NCBI GenBank assembly: GCA_009779935.1
Contig: WRAX01000007.1
Location: forward strand, 4,515 to 68,514
Direction: 5' to 3'
Length of the DNA: 64,000 nt
Source of the DNA: Defluviitaleaceae bacterium
Lineage (GTDB): Bacteria; Bacillota; Clostridia; Lachnospirales; WRAX01
Every line of letters starts with the position of its first letter. Positions within the stretch are counted from its first letter, which is position 1. The notes beneath the pieces were generated by a model, which was given only the letters and a program-made list of their open reading frames with translations, searched no databases and was not told the DNA's origin. The position numbers and the translations under genes were made by a program. Below are positions 17,692 through 28,013 of this stretch, in pieces.

Positions 17692-18867
17692 CTACCTAAA
17701 CCAAACCGCTAAAATCCGCCCTGCCATTTGGGCAAAACTTGCCTTATCCACAGCTTCTTCCGCCACAAGGGCTGTTTTGCCTATAAGCTCCCCCTCGTAG
17801 GTGTATATAATTTCGCCAACCACCGCACCCGCTTCCACGGGGGCCTGCACACTGTCAAACAGCACAATTTCCGCCATAAGCTCTGTGTTGTTGCCCTTTT
17901 CCGTCACATTGCTTATGCGCTGTTGCACCATGGCATCCACATTCGGGGCTGCACCCTTGGCAACGGGCACTTGCCCAACAACGGTGCCGGCAAGCTCCCC
18001 ATGCACAACTTTGTAGTTGGCAAAGCCATAATCCAGCATTTTCATGGCTTCTTGAAAGCGCACGGTGGCATTGTCTGCGCCCATCACCACTGCTATAAGC
18101 TCCATATCCCCCCGCATTGCCGTGGCGGACAAGCAGTATTTAGCCTCTCCCGTACTGCCTGTTTTAAGGCCTGTCGTCCCGTCATACCAGCGCACCAGCT
18201 TGTTGGTATTGGTCAATCCAAATTCGCTTTCGCCCCTTGGTGTTTTGTGTATAATGATATCCATCCAAATTGTGGCCACCTCCCGCACTTCGGGGAATTT
18301 TGTAATAAGCTCCCTGGACATTATGGCAATGTCTTTTGCGGTGGTAAAATGCCCTTGTGCATCCAGCCCGCAGGCATTGCGGAAACTTGTATCACCCATG
18401 CCAAGCTGTTGTGCCCGTTTGTTCATCAAATCCACAAAACTTTCCTCGCTACCGCTTATAAATTCTGCCAGGGCAACGGCGGCATCATTTCCGCTGGCAA
18501 TTACCACTGCTTTTAGCAAATCCCGCACTGTTTGTTTTTCCCCGGGTTCCAAATAAATTTGGCTGCCGCCCATGGATGCGGCATGTTCGCTGGTGGTTAC
18601 CACATCATCCCAACTTATGCGGTTTTGCGCTACGGCCTCATACACCAACAGGGTTGTCATCACCTTAGTAACGGATGCAGGCGACCGCCGCTGGCTGCCG
18701 TTTTGCTCAAAAATAACCTCGCCGCTGCTGGCCTCCATAATCACTGCCGATGGTGCATCCACCGTTAAAGCGAGTGGGGCACGCCTCTCTTCCGCCTTGG
18801 CTGTTATGGGTGTTAAAACCACCATGGCAAGCACAAATGCTGCAATTTTTATTATTCCCTTTCTCAT
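17692..18867 (-). CDS. D-alanyl-D-alanine carboxypeptidase (serine-type, PBP5/DacB-like)
   Basis: Signal peptide, SVTK (SxxK), SGN and KTG motifs. RBS AGGAGG. Confidence 0.9.
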   Translation of the reverse strand: MRKGIIKIAAFVLAMVVLTPITAKAEERRAPLALTVDAPSAVIMEASSGEVIFEQNGSQRRSPASVTKVMTTLLVYEAVAQNRISWDDVVTTSEHAASMGGSQIYLEPGEKQTVRDLLKAVVIASGNDAAVALAEFISGSEESFVDLMNKRAQQLGMGDTSFRNACGLDAQGHFTTAKDIAIMSRELITKFPEVREVATIWMDIIIHKTPRGESEFGLTNTNKLVRWYDGTTGLKTGSTGEAKYCLSATAMRGDMELIAVVMGADNATVRFQEAMKMLDYGFANYKVVHGELAGTVVGQVPVAKGAAPNVDAMVQQRISNVTEKGNNTELMAEIVLFDSVQAPVEAGAVVGEIIYTYEGELIGKTALVAEEAVDKASFAQMAGRILAVWFR

Positions 18868-18947
18868 ATTAAAAGCCTCCTATCTATGGTAATTTCTATA
18901 AAAACTATTTTTTCCACAAACGCTGTGACAATGCCCGCCAAATTTTA

Positions 18948-18977
18948 CAAAAAAATAGGGCAAGTCTAATGCCCTAT
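18948..18977 (-). terminator. intrinsic terminator of the HD-GYP-like gene
   Basis: On the minus strand: ATAGGGCA, loop, TGCCCTAT, then T7. Overlaps the stop codon. Confidence 0.65.
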
Positions 18978-20842
18978 TTAGATGTAATGTGCTGATAAGC
19001 CTTAAAATACGCTTTTTCACGCCCATTGGTTATGCAACTGCGCAATTTATCAAGCAAATACGCATCCCTTAATGCTTGGGAAATTATAGGCGAATATCGT
19101 GTGCCGGCTTGTTGGTGAATTTCTTCCACCACCTGCTCCAATGTTAAGGCTTTGGAGTAGCTGCGCCCCACAATATCCGTTGCTGCGTCAATAGAATCTG
19201 CTACGGAAATCATATCAATAACAAAGGGGCAATCCGTGGTGCGGTTGTCAAAACCCTCCACATATCCCAGGGTGCCGTCATACCATTTATGGTGTCCAAT
19301 TATCACATCAGAAACAAATTTCATCCTGTCACAATCGGATTTTATCAAGTTGTCTGCATTGGCATGCAGTTTTATAATTTCAAACTCAAAATCATATAAA
19401 TGGCGGGAGCATAGGGATACTTGATCCACATAAAATATTTTGCCTGCATCATGGCAAATAGCCGCACGGCTTATAAGTTCTAAAATTTCTTCTTTTTTGG
19501 TTTTAACATCTTCTGTTGTTTTGGTTTTACACATGCCTATAAACAGCTGCGGTTGCTGCTGTATAAAATACCGAGCCATAACAATAGTCAAATCCCTAAC
19601 CATAAGGGAGTGCACGTGGGTTGGCAGATGGGTATATGTAGTAAAATCCAAAATCTGGTCTAAGGCTTCTTCAAAACTTAGCACATTTGTCATATATTTA
19701 GCAAATTTTGCCACATGCACATTAAATATGCGCCTATCCCTATCGGATGGCAGGTTTTTGCAATATTCCCTAATCCTGTTAATTATATCTTTAACTTCCC
19801 CATCACCTGCAATGCTTCTGGTTTTGCCAATATGCTGTATCAGTAAAAGAGGGACGAACAGCATGGCATAAATACCATCTGCGGAATAGTCTGCAGTGTC
19901 CGCATCCGCAAAAAAGCCTTGTAAATCCGCCATTAAATCTTCATAACTTATTTTGCCTAAACAATAGGCAATACAGCGGCTTGTATACTGGGTGCGCAAA
20001 TTAGACCAAAACCTGCTGGTAAACTCAGCTTCATCCTGTTTTGTTAGAGCTAAAAAGCTTTCGTAAACATGCTGGGTAAGCACCATGTCACGCTCCCCGT
20101 CGGCTTGGTTGCGCACGTGTGCCAACCAGCTGCACATGTTTTGGTGGGCATTGGTTATAAATGCATCCCATGGCATGTCGGGGTCGTGGGCACGCACCTT
20201 TTCATCATTCCAAAATTCCATTGCGGCATTAAAATGGATGTAAAATTGTTGTTTTCTCTTATCCCTCTCCTCTGCATCCAATATGCCGCCCTGGGAAGAT
20301 GTTACATATTTGTTGCCCATACAACGGTGGATAAACATGCGGGTTTCTTTGCTTTTTATATCAAAATATTGTTGCCCAAACGCTGCAGCCTCTTCAAAAC
20401 ATTCTATGGATTCTGTGATAAACAGGTTGTTACCGCCTTCTCTAAAATAAGCGTTAAGCTGCTGGTATATAATGCCTGCACCGTACAGGCTGCGCACAAG
20501 GCGGTCAATATCCCCCGTATTGCGGGCCCAATTTATAATGCCTTGATGGATTTCCAATGCCAATCCCATGTCCAAATTTTCTGTAAGTGTGAATAATTTT
20601 TGGGAAAGGGCATAGAGATGGTCGGCTTGCTGCATAGTCATATCTGCCAGCAAGGGCCGCAGATAATTGGTAATTATCCCGTTGTTTGCATCCATTATTT
20701 TAGCATTAATTTCCGCATGGTTGTAAAGGTATTCCATAAACCGGCTTTGCCCAAACCCGCATGGCGGTATTTTGCTTTCCAACTTTCTAAATTCCTTTAT
20801 ATTGTCTATTAAGGCGTCTTCAAAGCCTAAGGACACAGTCAC
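18974..20842 (-). CDS. HD-GYP-family phosphohydrolase with a large uncharacterised N-terminal domain
   Basis: C-terminal motifs HDAGK, HHKWYDGTLGYV (variant of HHExxDGxGYP) and ADSIDAATD..RSY. About 400 aa of N-terminal helical region. Confidence 0.75.
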   Translation of the reverse strand: MTVSLGFEDALIDNIKEFRKLESKIPPCGFGQSRFMEYLYNHAEINAKIMDANNGIITNYLRPLLADMTMQQADHLYALSQKLFTLTENLDMGLALEIHQGIINWARNTGDIDRLVRSLYGAGIIYQQLNAYFREGGNNLFITESIECFEEAAAFGQQYFDIKSKETRMFIHRCMGNKYVTSSQGGILDAEERDKRKQQFYIHFNAAMEFWNDEKVRAHDPDMPWDAFITNAHQNMCSWLAHVRNQADGERDMVLTQHVYESFLALTKQDEAEFTSRFWSNLRTQYTSRCIAYCLGKISYEDLMADLQGFFADADTADYSADGIYAMLFVPLLLIQHIGKTRSIAGDGEVKDIINRIREYCKNLPSDRDRRIFNVHVAKFAKYMTNVLSFEEALDQILDFTTYTHLPTHVHSLMVRDLTIVMARYFIQQQPQLFIGMCKTKTTEDVKTKKEEILELISRAAICHDAGKIFYVDQVSLCSRHLYDFEFEIIKLHANADNLIKSDCDRMKFVSDVIIGHHKWYDGTLGYVEGFDNRTTDCPFVIDMISVADSIDAATDIVGRSYSKALTLEQVVEEIHQQAGTRYSPIISQALRDAYLLDKLRSCITNGREKAYFKAYQHITSK

Positions 20843-20880
20843 ACCCCCCTATCCAGCCAGTATAACATAAATTTTATTAT

Positions 20881-20910
20881 TTGACAAGCCCAACCATATT
20901 TTGCTATAAT
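20881..20910 (+). promoter_or_regulatory. sigma-A-type promoter immediately upstream of trmL
   Basis: TTGACA, 18 nt, TATAAT. The -10 element ends 5 nt before ATG 20916 and there is no SD sequence. Confidence 0.55.
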
Positions 20911-20915
20911 AAAAA

Positions 20916-21371
20916 ATGATGAATATTGTGTTGTTTGAGCCCGAAATACCCCACAATACAGGGGCGGTGGGGCGCACTTGCCTTTTAACAGGGGCAAAGC
21001 TGCATCTTATCCACCCACTGGGTTTTTTTCTGGATGAAAAAAGTTTGCGCCGTTGCGGGCTGGATTATTGGCAACAGCTTAATGTGGCGGAATATGAAGA
21101 TTTTGATGATTTTTTAAGCCGCAACCCGGGTGCAAGGATATTTTTAGCAGAAACAGGCGGCGCTTTGCGTTATGACCAAGCAAAGTACCAAGCGGATGAT
21201 TTTTTTGTGTTTGGGCGGGAAACAAGCGGCCTGCCACGCCGGCTTTTAGATAAATATGCAAACCAAATTATAACAATACCCATGAAAAGCCAGGGTCGCT
21301 CGTTAAATTTGTCTGTTTCTGTGGGTATAATATTGTATGAAGCGTTACGGCAGACGGGTTTCGATATATAG
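20916..21371 (+). CDS. trmL: tRNA (cytidine/uridine-2'-O)-methyltransferase TrmL (SpoU/TrmH family)
   Basis: IVLFEPEIPHNTGAVGRTC and the C-terminal knot motif SLNLSVSVGIILYEA. Confidence 0.88.
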   Translation: MMNIVLFEPEIPHNTGAVGRTCLLTGAKLHLIHPLGFFLDEKSLRRCGLDYWQQLNVAEYEDFDDFLSRNPGARIFLAETGGALRYDQAKYQADDFFVFGRETSGLPRRLLDKYANQIITIPMKSQGRSLNLSVSVGIILYEALRQTGFDI

Positions 21372-21383
21372 AGGAGAAAATTT

Positions 21384-23243
21384 ATGTGCGGATTTACAGG
21401 ATTTACAGGGGTGGAAAATAACACCGCCCTAAAAGATATGACTGATAAAATTGCCCACCGTGGTCCGGATGGGGAAGGATACTTTACAGCGGACGGTATA
21501 AACTTTGGCTTTCGCCGCCTTGCCTTTTTGGATTTGGAACATGGCAACCAGCCTATGACCACCCAGGACGGCCGCTATACCATTGTGTTTAACGGGGAAA
21601 TTTATAACTACCAAACCCTGCAGCAGGAGCTGGAAGAGCAAGGCATAACCTTTACCACCAACGGGGATACGGAGGTTTTGCTTCAATTGTACGCCGCCCA
21701 TGGTGAAAAGATGTTAACTAAACTGCGGGGCATGTTTGCCTTTGTTGTATACGACAAAGAAACAGGTGGGCTTTTTGCCGCAAGGGACTATTTTGGTATA
21801 AAACCCTTTTATTACGGCATTTTTGGTGGCCAACTGCTTTTTGCATCCGAAATTAAGGCATTAACAGCCCACCCCGACTTTACAAAGGAAATAAACCCTG
21901 CCGCCCTGTCGGCTTATTTGTCATTCCAATATTCGGTGCTGGATGAGTGCATGTTAAAAGGTGTGTTTAAGCTGCCGCCCGCCCATTTTATGCGCTATAA
22001 CAACGGCGAAATGCACATACAGCAGTATTGGCAGGCGGAATTTGCAGCTGCAAAAAACACAAAAGGCAATAAGGAGCAGCGGGCAAAAGCCCTAAACGAA
22101 GCAGTGGAGCGGATTGACGACATTGTGGGGGATTCCATTAACGCCCATTTGGTTTCAGATGTGCCAATTGGCTCATTTTTATCCAGCGGTGTGGATTCCA
22201 GTTTAATCGCTGCCCGCTTTGGCGGCAAAAACACCTTTACCGTGGGTTTTGACTATGATGGTTACAACGAAATTGGCTATGCACAGGAGCTTTCGGAAGA
22301 CTTAGGCGTTACCAACCATAGTAAAGTAATCACAACGGCGGAATACTGGGGAAACTTAGCCCGCATCCAGTATTATATGGACGAGCCCCTGGCGGACCCC
22401 GCCGCAATTGCCCTATATTTTGTAAGCCAAGTGGCCGCTAAGCACGTAAAGGGCGTTTTAAGCGGCGAAGGGGCGGATGAGCTTTTCGGGGGCTACAATA
22501 TCTATCAAGAGCCACGGGCACTGCGCCCCATAAGCATATTGCCCAAATTTTTGCGCCGTGGGCTTTATAAAATAACAGGAAAAATGCCGGCCTTTCGTGG
22601 GCGCAACTTCCTGCTGCGTGGCGCAATGGATTTGGAGGAGCGGTATATAGGCAATGCCAAAATTTTTAGTGAGGATGAACGCAAAAAAATACTACGCACA
22701 GGGGTGGGCGAGCCATCAACAAAATCCATTACCGCACCAATTTATGCCAAAACAGCGGGCTATGATGGGGTAACCAAAATGCAGTTTTTGGACATACACA
22801 CATGGTTAGTAGGTGATATTTTACTAAAAGCCGATAAAATGACCATGGCACATTCGTTAGAAGGGCGTGTGCCCTATATGGATAAGGAAGTTTTTGCGGT
22901 GGCATCCCAACTACCAACAGGGTTTAGGGTGACAAAAAGCACAACAAAATACGCCTTTCGCCTTGCGGCGGCAAAGCACCTGCAACCTAAGTGGAGCGAG
23001 AAGAAAAAACTGGGCTTTCCGGTGCCCATCCGCCTATGGCTAAAAGATGACACCTATTACGCCCGTGTTAAAGAAGCATTTGAAGCACCAGCGGCACAGG
23101 AATTTTTTAGGACGGACAAGCTGATAGCATTGCTTAACACCCATCGCCTTGGCAAAACGGACAATAGCCGCAAAATTTGGGCGGTGTATATGTTTTTGCT
23201 GTGGTATGGGGAATTTTTTGGGAATGACAGTTTAGGGGAATAA
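21384..23243 (+). CDS. asnB: asparagine synthase (glutamine-hydrolysing)
   Basis: N-terminal MCG nucleophile, GATase-II region and the synthetase motif SGVDSS. Confidence 0.92.
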   Translation: MCGFTGFTGVENNTALKDMTDKIAHRGPDGEGYFTADGINFGFRRLAFLDLEHGNQPMTTQDGRYTIVFNGEIYNYQTLQQELEEQGITFTTNGDTEVLLQLYAAHGEKMLTKLRGMFAFVVYDKETGGLFAARDYFGIKPFYYGIFGGQLLFASEIKALTAHPDFTKEINPAALSAYLSFQYSVLDECMLKGVFKLPPAHFMRYNNGEMHIQQYWQAEFAAAKNTKGNKEQRAKALNEAVERIDDIVGDSINAHLVSDVPIGSFLSSGVDSSLIAARFGGKNTFTVGFDYDGYNEIGYAQELSEDLGVTNHSKVITTAEYWGNLARIQYYMDEPLADPAAIALYFVSQVAAKHVKGVLSGEGADELFGGYNIYQEPRALRPISILPKFLRRGLYKITGKMPAFRGRNFLLRGAMDLEERYIGNAKIFSEDERKKILRTGVGEPSTKSITAPIYAKTAGYDGVTKMQFLDIHTWLVGDILLKADKMTMAHSLEGRVPYMDKEVFAVASQLPTGFRVTKSTTKYAFRLAAAKHLQPKWSEKKKLGFPVPIRLWLKDDTYYARVKEAFEAPAAQEFFRTDKLIALLNTHRLGKTDNSRKIWAVYMFLLWYGEFFGNDSLGE

Positions 23244-23263
23244 CAATTTTGGGGGGATGGGAT

Positions 23264-23830
23264 ATGAATGTGCTGGAAAAGGCACAAAAAGGCAATATGG
23301 CCGCATTTGAGGAGATTTTAACCGCATATGAAAAATTTATATACAACTTTGCAAGGCGGCTAATGGGCAACACAGAAGATGCAGAGGATATAACACAAGA
23401 AGTTGCCATAAAAATTTACCGCAACCTGCACAACTGCCGCGGGGAGGGGCTTTTAAGGGCATGGATAGCACGCATAACCCATAATGCCTGCATGGATGCC
23501 CTGCGCCGCAAAAAAGGTAAATATCAAGATTCGCTGGAAATGGCGGAGGAGTTAAGTGGGTTGGAGCTTGTGGACGACACGGAAAGCCCCGAAGAAACCC
23601 TTGTGCGTAAGGAGCTTGGCCAGTATCTGGAAGGGGCATTAATGCAGTTGCCCCCGTCATACAGGGCTTTGATAACCCTGCGGGATATGGATGGATATAG
23701 CTACGAAGAGGTGGCGGAAATACTTAGCCTGCCCATTGGCACGGTAAAATCCCGCCTTTTCCGTGGGCGTGCAAAACTTAAATCAATTTTAACGGAACAA
23801 AGTGGCGGCGACATTCGTCTTAAAGGGTGA
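23264..23830 (+). CDS. ECF-type sigma-70 family RNA polymerase sigma factor
   Basis: Region 2 (DAEDITQEVAIKIY) and region 4 (LRDMDGYSYEEVAEILSLPIGTVKSRLFRGR). Confidence 0.9.
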   Translation: MNVLEKAQKGNMAAFEEILTAYEKFIYNFARRLMGNTEDAEDITQEVAIKIYRNLHNCRGEGLLRAWIARITHNACMDALRRKKGKYQDSLEMAEELSGLELVDDTESPEETLVRKELGQYLEGALMQLPPSYRALITLRDMDGYSYEEVAEILSLPIGTVKSRLFRGRAKLKSILTEQSGGDIRLKG

Positions 23831-23840
23831 GGTGATTTTG

Positions 23841-24446
23841 ATGAATAAAAAAAGCAATGATGATTTTGTAAATATAGAAAAATTGTTAGAGGATTTGCCG
23901 GGCCACGAGCTGCCCATGGGCCTACATGACAAAATTATGCGTGGTGTGCAGGCGGATAGGCGCAAAAGGCTTGGTTTGCGTGCAATAAAGTCCTTTGGGG
24001 CTGTGGCGGCGGCGGCTTTTGTTGCTGTTTTCTGGTTTGGCTGGTGGCACCAAGCCACCACCGAAATTGGTGAAAGCCTTGCCGAATCCCAAGCTGTGTC
24101 CATGGAATACAGTTTGGATGATGCTGTTTTGCCATCACTATCACCATCACCGGTAGCCGGCGGCGCAGGCGATTTGGCAGCAATGCCCACATTGCGTACC
24201 TACGATGCAGAATTTTATGAGATGCCCACAATATATCTGGAAGATTTTGACATGATATTTGAAAAAATTGCCCAACTTCCCCATGATGCCGCCACAATTT
24301 TTATGGGTGAGGAGGAAAATTTCATCATCTTTCACATCAATGATGGCAACCGCCCGCAAATCGAAAGGTTGCTGGCAGGATATGGCATACACCCCCCGGT
24401 ATTCGGGGAGATGGATTTTTTTGTAGATTTGATAAAAATCCAATAA
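23841..24446 (+). CDS. putative anti-sigma factor (single-pass membrane protein)
   Basis: RBS GGTGAGGTG. Positioned directly after the ECF sigma gene. One TM helix (AVAAAAFVAVFWFGWW). Function inferred from context only. Confidence 0.55.
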   Translation: MNKKSNDDFVNIEKLLEDLPGHELPMGLHDKIMRGVQADRRKRLGLRAIKSFGAVAAAAFVAVFWFGWWHQATTEIGESLAESQAVSMEYSLDDAVLPSLSPSPVAGGAGDLAAMPTLRTYDAEFYEMPTIYLEDFDMIFEKIAQLPHDAATIFMGEEENFIIFHINDGNRPQIERLLAGYGIHPPVFGEMDFFVDLIKIQ

Positions 24447-24528
24447 ACCCCTTGCGTAAATTTGCAAAATGTGCTATACTGCCATTTGGAAGTAATTTCT
24501 ACCCTACCAATGAAAGGAATAATTAAAA

Positions 24529-25497
24529 ATGTCCAAACATCACAAAACCAAGAAACAAGACCACTTTATAAGAAATGCGATTATCACCTTTGTGGTGCTG
24601 GCTGTGTTGCTAACTGCCGGTGTTTTAATTAATAACCGCCATTTAAGCCACGCAGGCACCGCCGATGGCCACCGCATTTCCACGGCGGAGCTCTTCTTTG
24701 CCTATGATGCTAATTTTGATTGGTTTACACACCCTGTGGAGGTGCTTAACTGGTCCTGGTATATGTTAGCGGAATTTTATGTGGTAGCCCACCGTGGTGC
24801 GGCAGAATTTGGCGTTAGCCTAACTGCGGATGATATTGCCCAAGCCCGTGAAAATGCCGATATTATCAGGCAGGGCCACATCACCACTACGGGTGAGGAT
24901 ATTATTGCCCAAATGGGCTTTTCCCGCAGTGCTTGGAATAGCTTTAACGAGCTTTTGATACTGCACGACCGGGTGGTGGATGCCATTGCCGCCACCGCTG
25001 TAATTGATGAAGATGCCCTTGCAGAAGCTTTTATAGAGTATGAAGAATTGCACGGTGACAATTATATTGTACCAGTTGTGCGGGTGGTAGAAGCCGATAC
25101 GGAAGAAGAAGCGCAAGAATTGTGGCCAACCATTGATGCTGATGAGGTAGAAGCCGTAAACGCCCTTGAAACCAATATGGGCACGGACAATATCCACTGG
25201 GCGATGGAGATGACACCGGGGCATATTTCCGAGGTTTTGCCCTTCCAATTTGGTACATGGGGCTTCTTCCAGCTGGTGGAAATGCAGCACATCCCGCCGG
25301 ATCCGGAAATTTGGAAGGAAAACGAAAGGATTCGTTTAGGGCATATGCACTTCCTAAATTATTCCGAATTGTGGATGAGCCAAGCGACAATAGACCGCAA
25401 CCAAAGAGCATTTAACCGCATTGTGCCACAGGATTTTGAATGGCAAAACCCATTTGGTGATTTTGACTTTGGCGACCTTAATATTGAGCTTGATTAA
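24529..25497 (+). CDS. membrane-anchored hypothetical protein (possibly SurA-N/PrsA-like chaperone fold)
   Basis: N-terminal TM helix. Weak by-eye resemblance to foldase N-domains. No PPIase motif confirmed. Confidence 0.5.
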   Translation: MSKHHKTKKQDHFIRNAIITFVVLAVLLTAGVLINNRHLSHAGTADGHRISTAELFFAYDANFDWFTHPVEVLNWSWYMLAEFYVVAHRGAAEFGVSLTADDIAQARENADIIRQGHITTTGEDIIAQMGFSRSAWNSFNELLILHDRVVDAIAATAVIDEDALAEAFIEYEELHGDNYIVPVVRVVEADTEEEAQELWPTIDADEVEAVNALETNMGTDNIHWAMEMTPGHISEVLPFQFGTWGFFQLVEMQHIPPDPEIWKENERIRLGHMHFLNYSELWMSQATIDRNQRAFNRIVPQDFEWQNPFGDFDFGDLNIELD

Positions 25498-25498
25498 G

Positions 25499-26182
25499 AT
25501 GAGAAGACTTACTTTCGGGCTTATTTTGGCGGTGGTGCTGGTTTTTACGCCGGCCGCCGCCCTAATGGCAGATTTTAATATAACCTTAGATGATGCTGCC
25601 GTGGAAATAGCTATGGAAGTGCGCTACGGGCGCACTTTGGTGCCTGTGCGTGCTTTTGTACAGGGTATTTTGGGTGGGGAAGTGGACTGGTGCGGCACAG
25701 CCCGCCGTGTTTACATTAACCATGCCCACAATGCCCTTATTCTGCATATAGATAGTGATATTGCGCTGGTAAACGGTGACGAAGTTATGTTGGATGTGCC
25801 GGCCAAAATAATTAATGATGCAACCCTTGTGCCCCTTCGCTTTGTGGTGGAGGCTTTGGGTATGGGTGTTACCTTTGATGATGGATCAATCCGCTTAACC
25901 GGCGGGCATATCCAAATTGTAGATTTTACCCATACCGTGCGCCGTGGCAGCGATGCTGCATTGCAGATAATTGGCCGCCCCTACACCTACTATCATTTGG
26001 GGGTGCAGTTTTTGGCGGGCGCAAGCACCGCTGCGGGGCTTGGATATGCTAAAACCGACCAATATGGCAATGTTTACTGGAACTGGCGCATCGGAAGCCT
26101 TACAACACCGGGCTTGTGGCCTATCACCATCAGCGGCGGCGGGCAGGTTTTACGTGAATATTTTGAAGTTGTAACGGAGTAG
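25499..26182 (+). CDS. copper amine oxidase N-terminal (stalk-like) domain protein, secreted
   Basis: Signal peptide MRRLTFGLILAVVLVF. Repeated LVPVRAF / LVPLRFVVEALG motifs. Confidence 0.7.
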   Translation: MRRLTFGLILAVVLVFTPAAALMADFNITLDDAAVEIAMEVRYGRTLVPVRAFVQGILGGEVDWCGTARRVYINHAHNALILHIDSDIALVNGDEVMLDVPAKIINDATLVPLRFVVEALGMGVTFDDGSIRLTGGHIQIVDFTHTVRRGSDAALQIIGRPYTYYHLGVQFLAGASTAAGLGYAKTDQYGNVYWNWRIGSLTTPGLWPITISGGGQVLREYFEVVTE

Positions 26183-26185
26183 AAT

Positions 26186-27058
26186 ATGGAAATTGTTGTA
26201 AAAACTGACGAAATTGTGTTTAAGTATACATCACAACCCTCAACAGACGGTGAAGGTGAAAATAACGAAACTCCCCCTAAATTGGCTTTGGACGGCGTGT
26301 CCATCGCCATTGCTAAGGGGGAGTTTGTGGCGGTTTTGGGGCATAATGGCTCGGGTAAATCCACACTGGCGAAGCATATCAACGGCTTGTTGTTGCCCGA
26401 ACAGGGTGCCGTTTGGGTAAAAGGCATTTCCACTGCAGATGAGGAAAAAATGTGGGAAATACGCCAATCTGTTGGTATGGTGTTCCAAAACCCCGATAAC
26501 CAGATAATTGCCACCATTGTGGAAGAAGATGTGGCCTTTGGCCCCGAAAACTTGGGCATTCCGCCAACCGAAATCCGCCAGCGTGTGGATGAGGCTCTGG
26601 AAGCTGTTGGTATGACTAAATATGCAGGCAACCCGCCCCACCACTTATCCGGCGGGCAAAAACAGCGGGTTGCCATTGCAGGCATCCTTGCCATGCGCCC
26701 CGATATTATCGTCATGGACGAATCTACCGCAATGCTGGACCCCATCGGGCGCAGAGAAGTGCTTACCGTGGCAAAACGCCTAAACGATGAAGGTATCACC
26801 ATCATCCTAATCACCCATTATATGGACGAAGCGGCGCAAGCCGACCGCATTATGGTGATGAATGGCGGAAAAGTGGTGATGGAAGGCATCCCAAGCGAAA
26901 TTTTTACGCAAATTGGCCGGCTTAAAGAAATTGGGCTGGATGTGCCCCAAGCGGTGGAAATTGCCCATAAACTGCGCCTGGGCGGGCTAAATTTACCCGA
27001 AGGCATCGTAACCGGCAAGCAATTGGTGGAGGCGTTGATGAATGTCCATAGAAATTAA
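26186..27058 (+). CDS. ecfA1: energy-coupling factor (ECF) transporter ATPase EcfA1
   Basis: Walker [10 protein letters not shown], signature LSGGQKQR, Walker B IIVMDEST. Tandem with a second ATPase and ecfT. Confidence 0.9.
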   Translation: MEIVVKTDEIVFKYTSQPSTDGEGENNETPPKLALDGVSIAIAKGEFVAVLGHNGSGKSTLAKHINGLLLPEQGAVWVKGISTADEEKMWEIRQSVGMVFQNPDNQIIATIVEEDVAFGPENLGIPPTEIRQRVDEALEAVGMTKYAGNPPHHLSGGQKQRVAIAGILAMRPDIIVMDESTAMLDPIGRREVLTVAKRLNDEGITIILITHYMDEAAQADRIMVMNGGKVVMEGIPSEIFTQIGRLKEIGLDVPQAVEIAHKLRLGGLNLPEGIVTGKQLVEALMNVHRN

Positions 27059-27911
27059 AAATTTATGCCACTATTACGGCAAGGGCAGTGCTTTTGAGAA
27101 AAAAGCTTTGGATGACATAAGTTTTACCATCGAAAAGGGCAGTTTTGTGGGACTTATCGGGCATACGGGCTCGGGCAAGTCCACATTGGTGCAGCATCTT
27201 AACGCCCTTATAAAACCCCAGTCCGGCAATATTATTATTGACGGTGAGGATATAAATGCCGATAAATCCCGCCTTAAAGCTATCCGCACCAAGGTTGGCT
27301 TGGTTTTTCAATACCCCGAACATCAGTTGTTTGATATGACTGTGTATAAAGATGTGGCCTTTGGCCCACGAAATTCCGGCCTTAGCGATGATGAGATTGA
27401 CAGGCGTGTAAAACAGTCGCTGGAAATGGTTGGCATTGCGCCGGAATTACACGAAAAATCCCCCTTCGAGCTTTCGGGCGGGCAAAAGCGACGGGTTGCC
27501 ATTGCAGGCGTGCTTGCCATGCGACCGGAAATTTTGGTGCTGGACGAGCCCGCCGCAGGGCTGGACCCCCGTGGGCGTGATGAAATTTTAGGGCAAGTAA
27601 AAAAAATGCACGAAACCCTTGGCATCACCGTCATCCTTGTATCCCACAGTATGGAGGATATCGCCCGCCTTGTAAACCGCATTTTGGTTATCAACAGCGG
27701 CAAAATCGTCCTAACAGGCACCCCTGCCGAAATTTTCAGCAAATTTGATGAATTGGAAGCCATCGGCCTATCATCCACCCAAACCGCATATATCATGCGG
27801 GATTTGCGGAACAAGGGTTTTGACTTACCTCCGGACATTTTTACTGTGGATGAGGCTGTTGAGGGCATCCTTGGGGCCATGGGCAGCCCAGCCGGGACTG
27901 ATGCCAGATAA
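27042..27911 (+). CDS. ecfA2: ECF transporter ATPase EcfA2
   Basis: [29 protein letters not shown]. Overlaps ecfA1 by 17 nt. Confidence 0.9.
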   Translation: MSIEIKNLCHYYGKGSAFEKKALDDISFTIEKGSFVGLIGHTGSGKSTLVQHLNALIKPQSGNIIIDGEDINADKSRLKAIRTKVGLVFQYPEHQLFDMTVYKDVAFGPRNSGLSDDEIDRRVKQSLEMVGIAPELHEKSPFELSGGQKRRVAIAGVLAMRPEILVLDEPAAGLDPRGRDEILGQVKKMHETLGITVILVSHSMEDIARLVNRILVINSGKIVLTGTPAEIFSKFDELEAIGLSSTQTAYIMRDLRNKGFDLPPDIFTVDEAVEGILGAMGSPAGTDAR

Positions 27912-28013
27912 TTAAGAAAGCTTATGCTGGGAGCTTTCAGCAGGCAAGCCACTTCGGCTCCACCACCGAATCACACCCGTCGGCGCATTATGCGCTAATA
28001 TAAGGAGGCACCT

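Noticed and set aside
17744-17752. Isolated perfect DnaA box TTATCCACA inside the carboxypeptidase coding region
   Set aside because: A single occurrence is within chance expectation for this 9-mer class in 64 kb on both strands. It is not clustered and not intergenic.
17728-18556. Plus-strand ORFs (262 aa and 163 aa) opposite the D-Ala-D-Ala carboxypeptidase gene
   Set aside because: The minus-strand frame carries the SxxK, SGN and KTG motifs, a signal peptide and an RBS. The plus-strand ORFs are shadows.
26074-27952. Long minus-strand ORFs (26074-26814 and 27323-27952) opposite ecfA1 and ecfA2
   Set aside because: These are antisense shadows of well-supported ABC ATPase genes. They have no start context and a Ser/Pro/Arg-rich composition.
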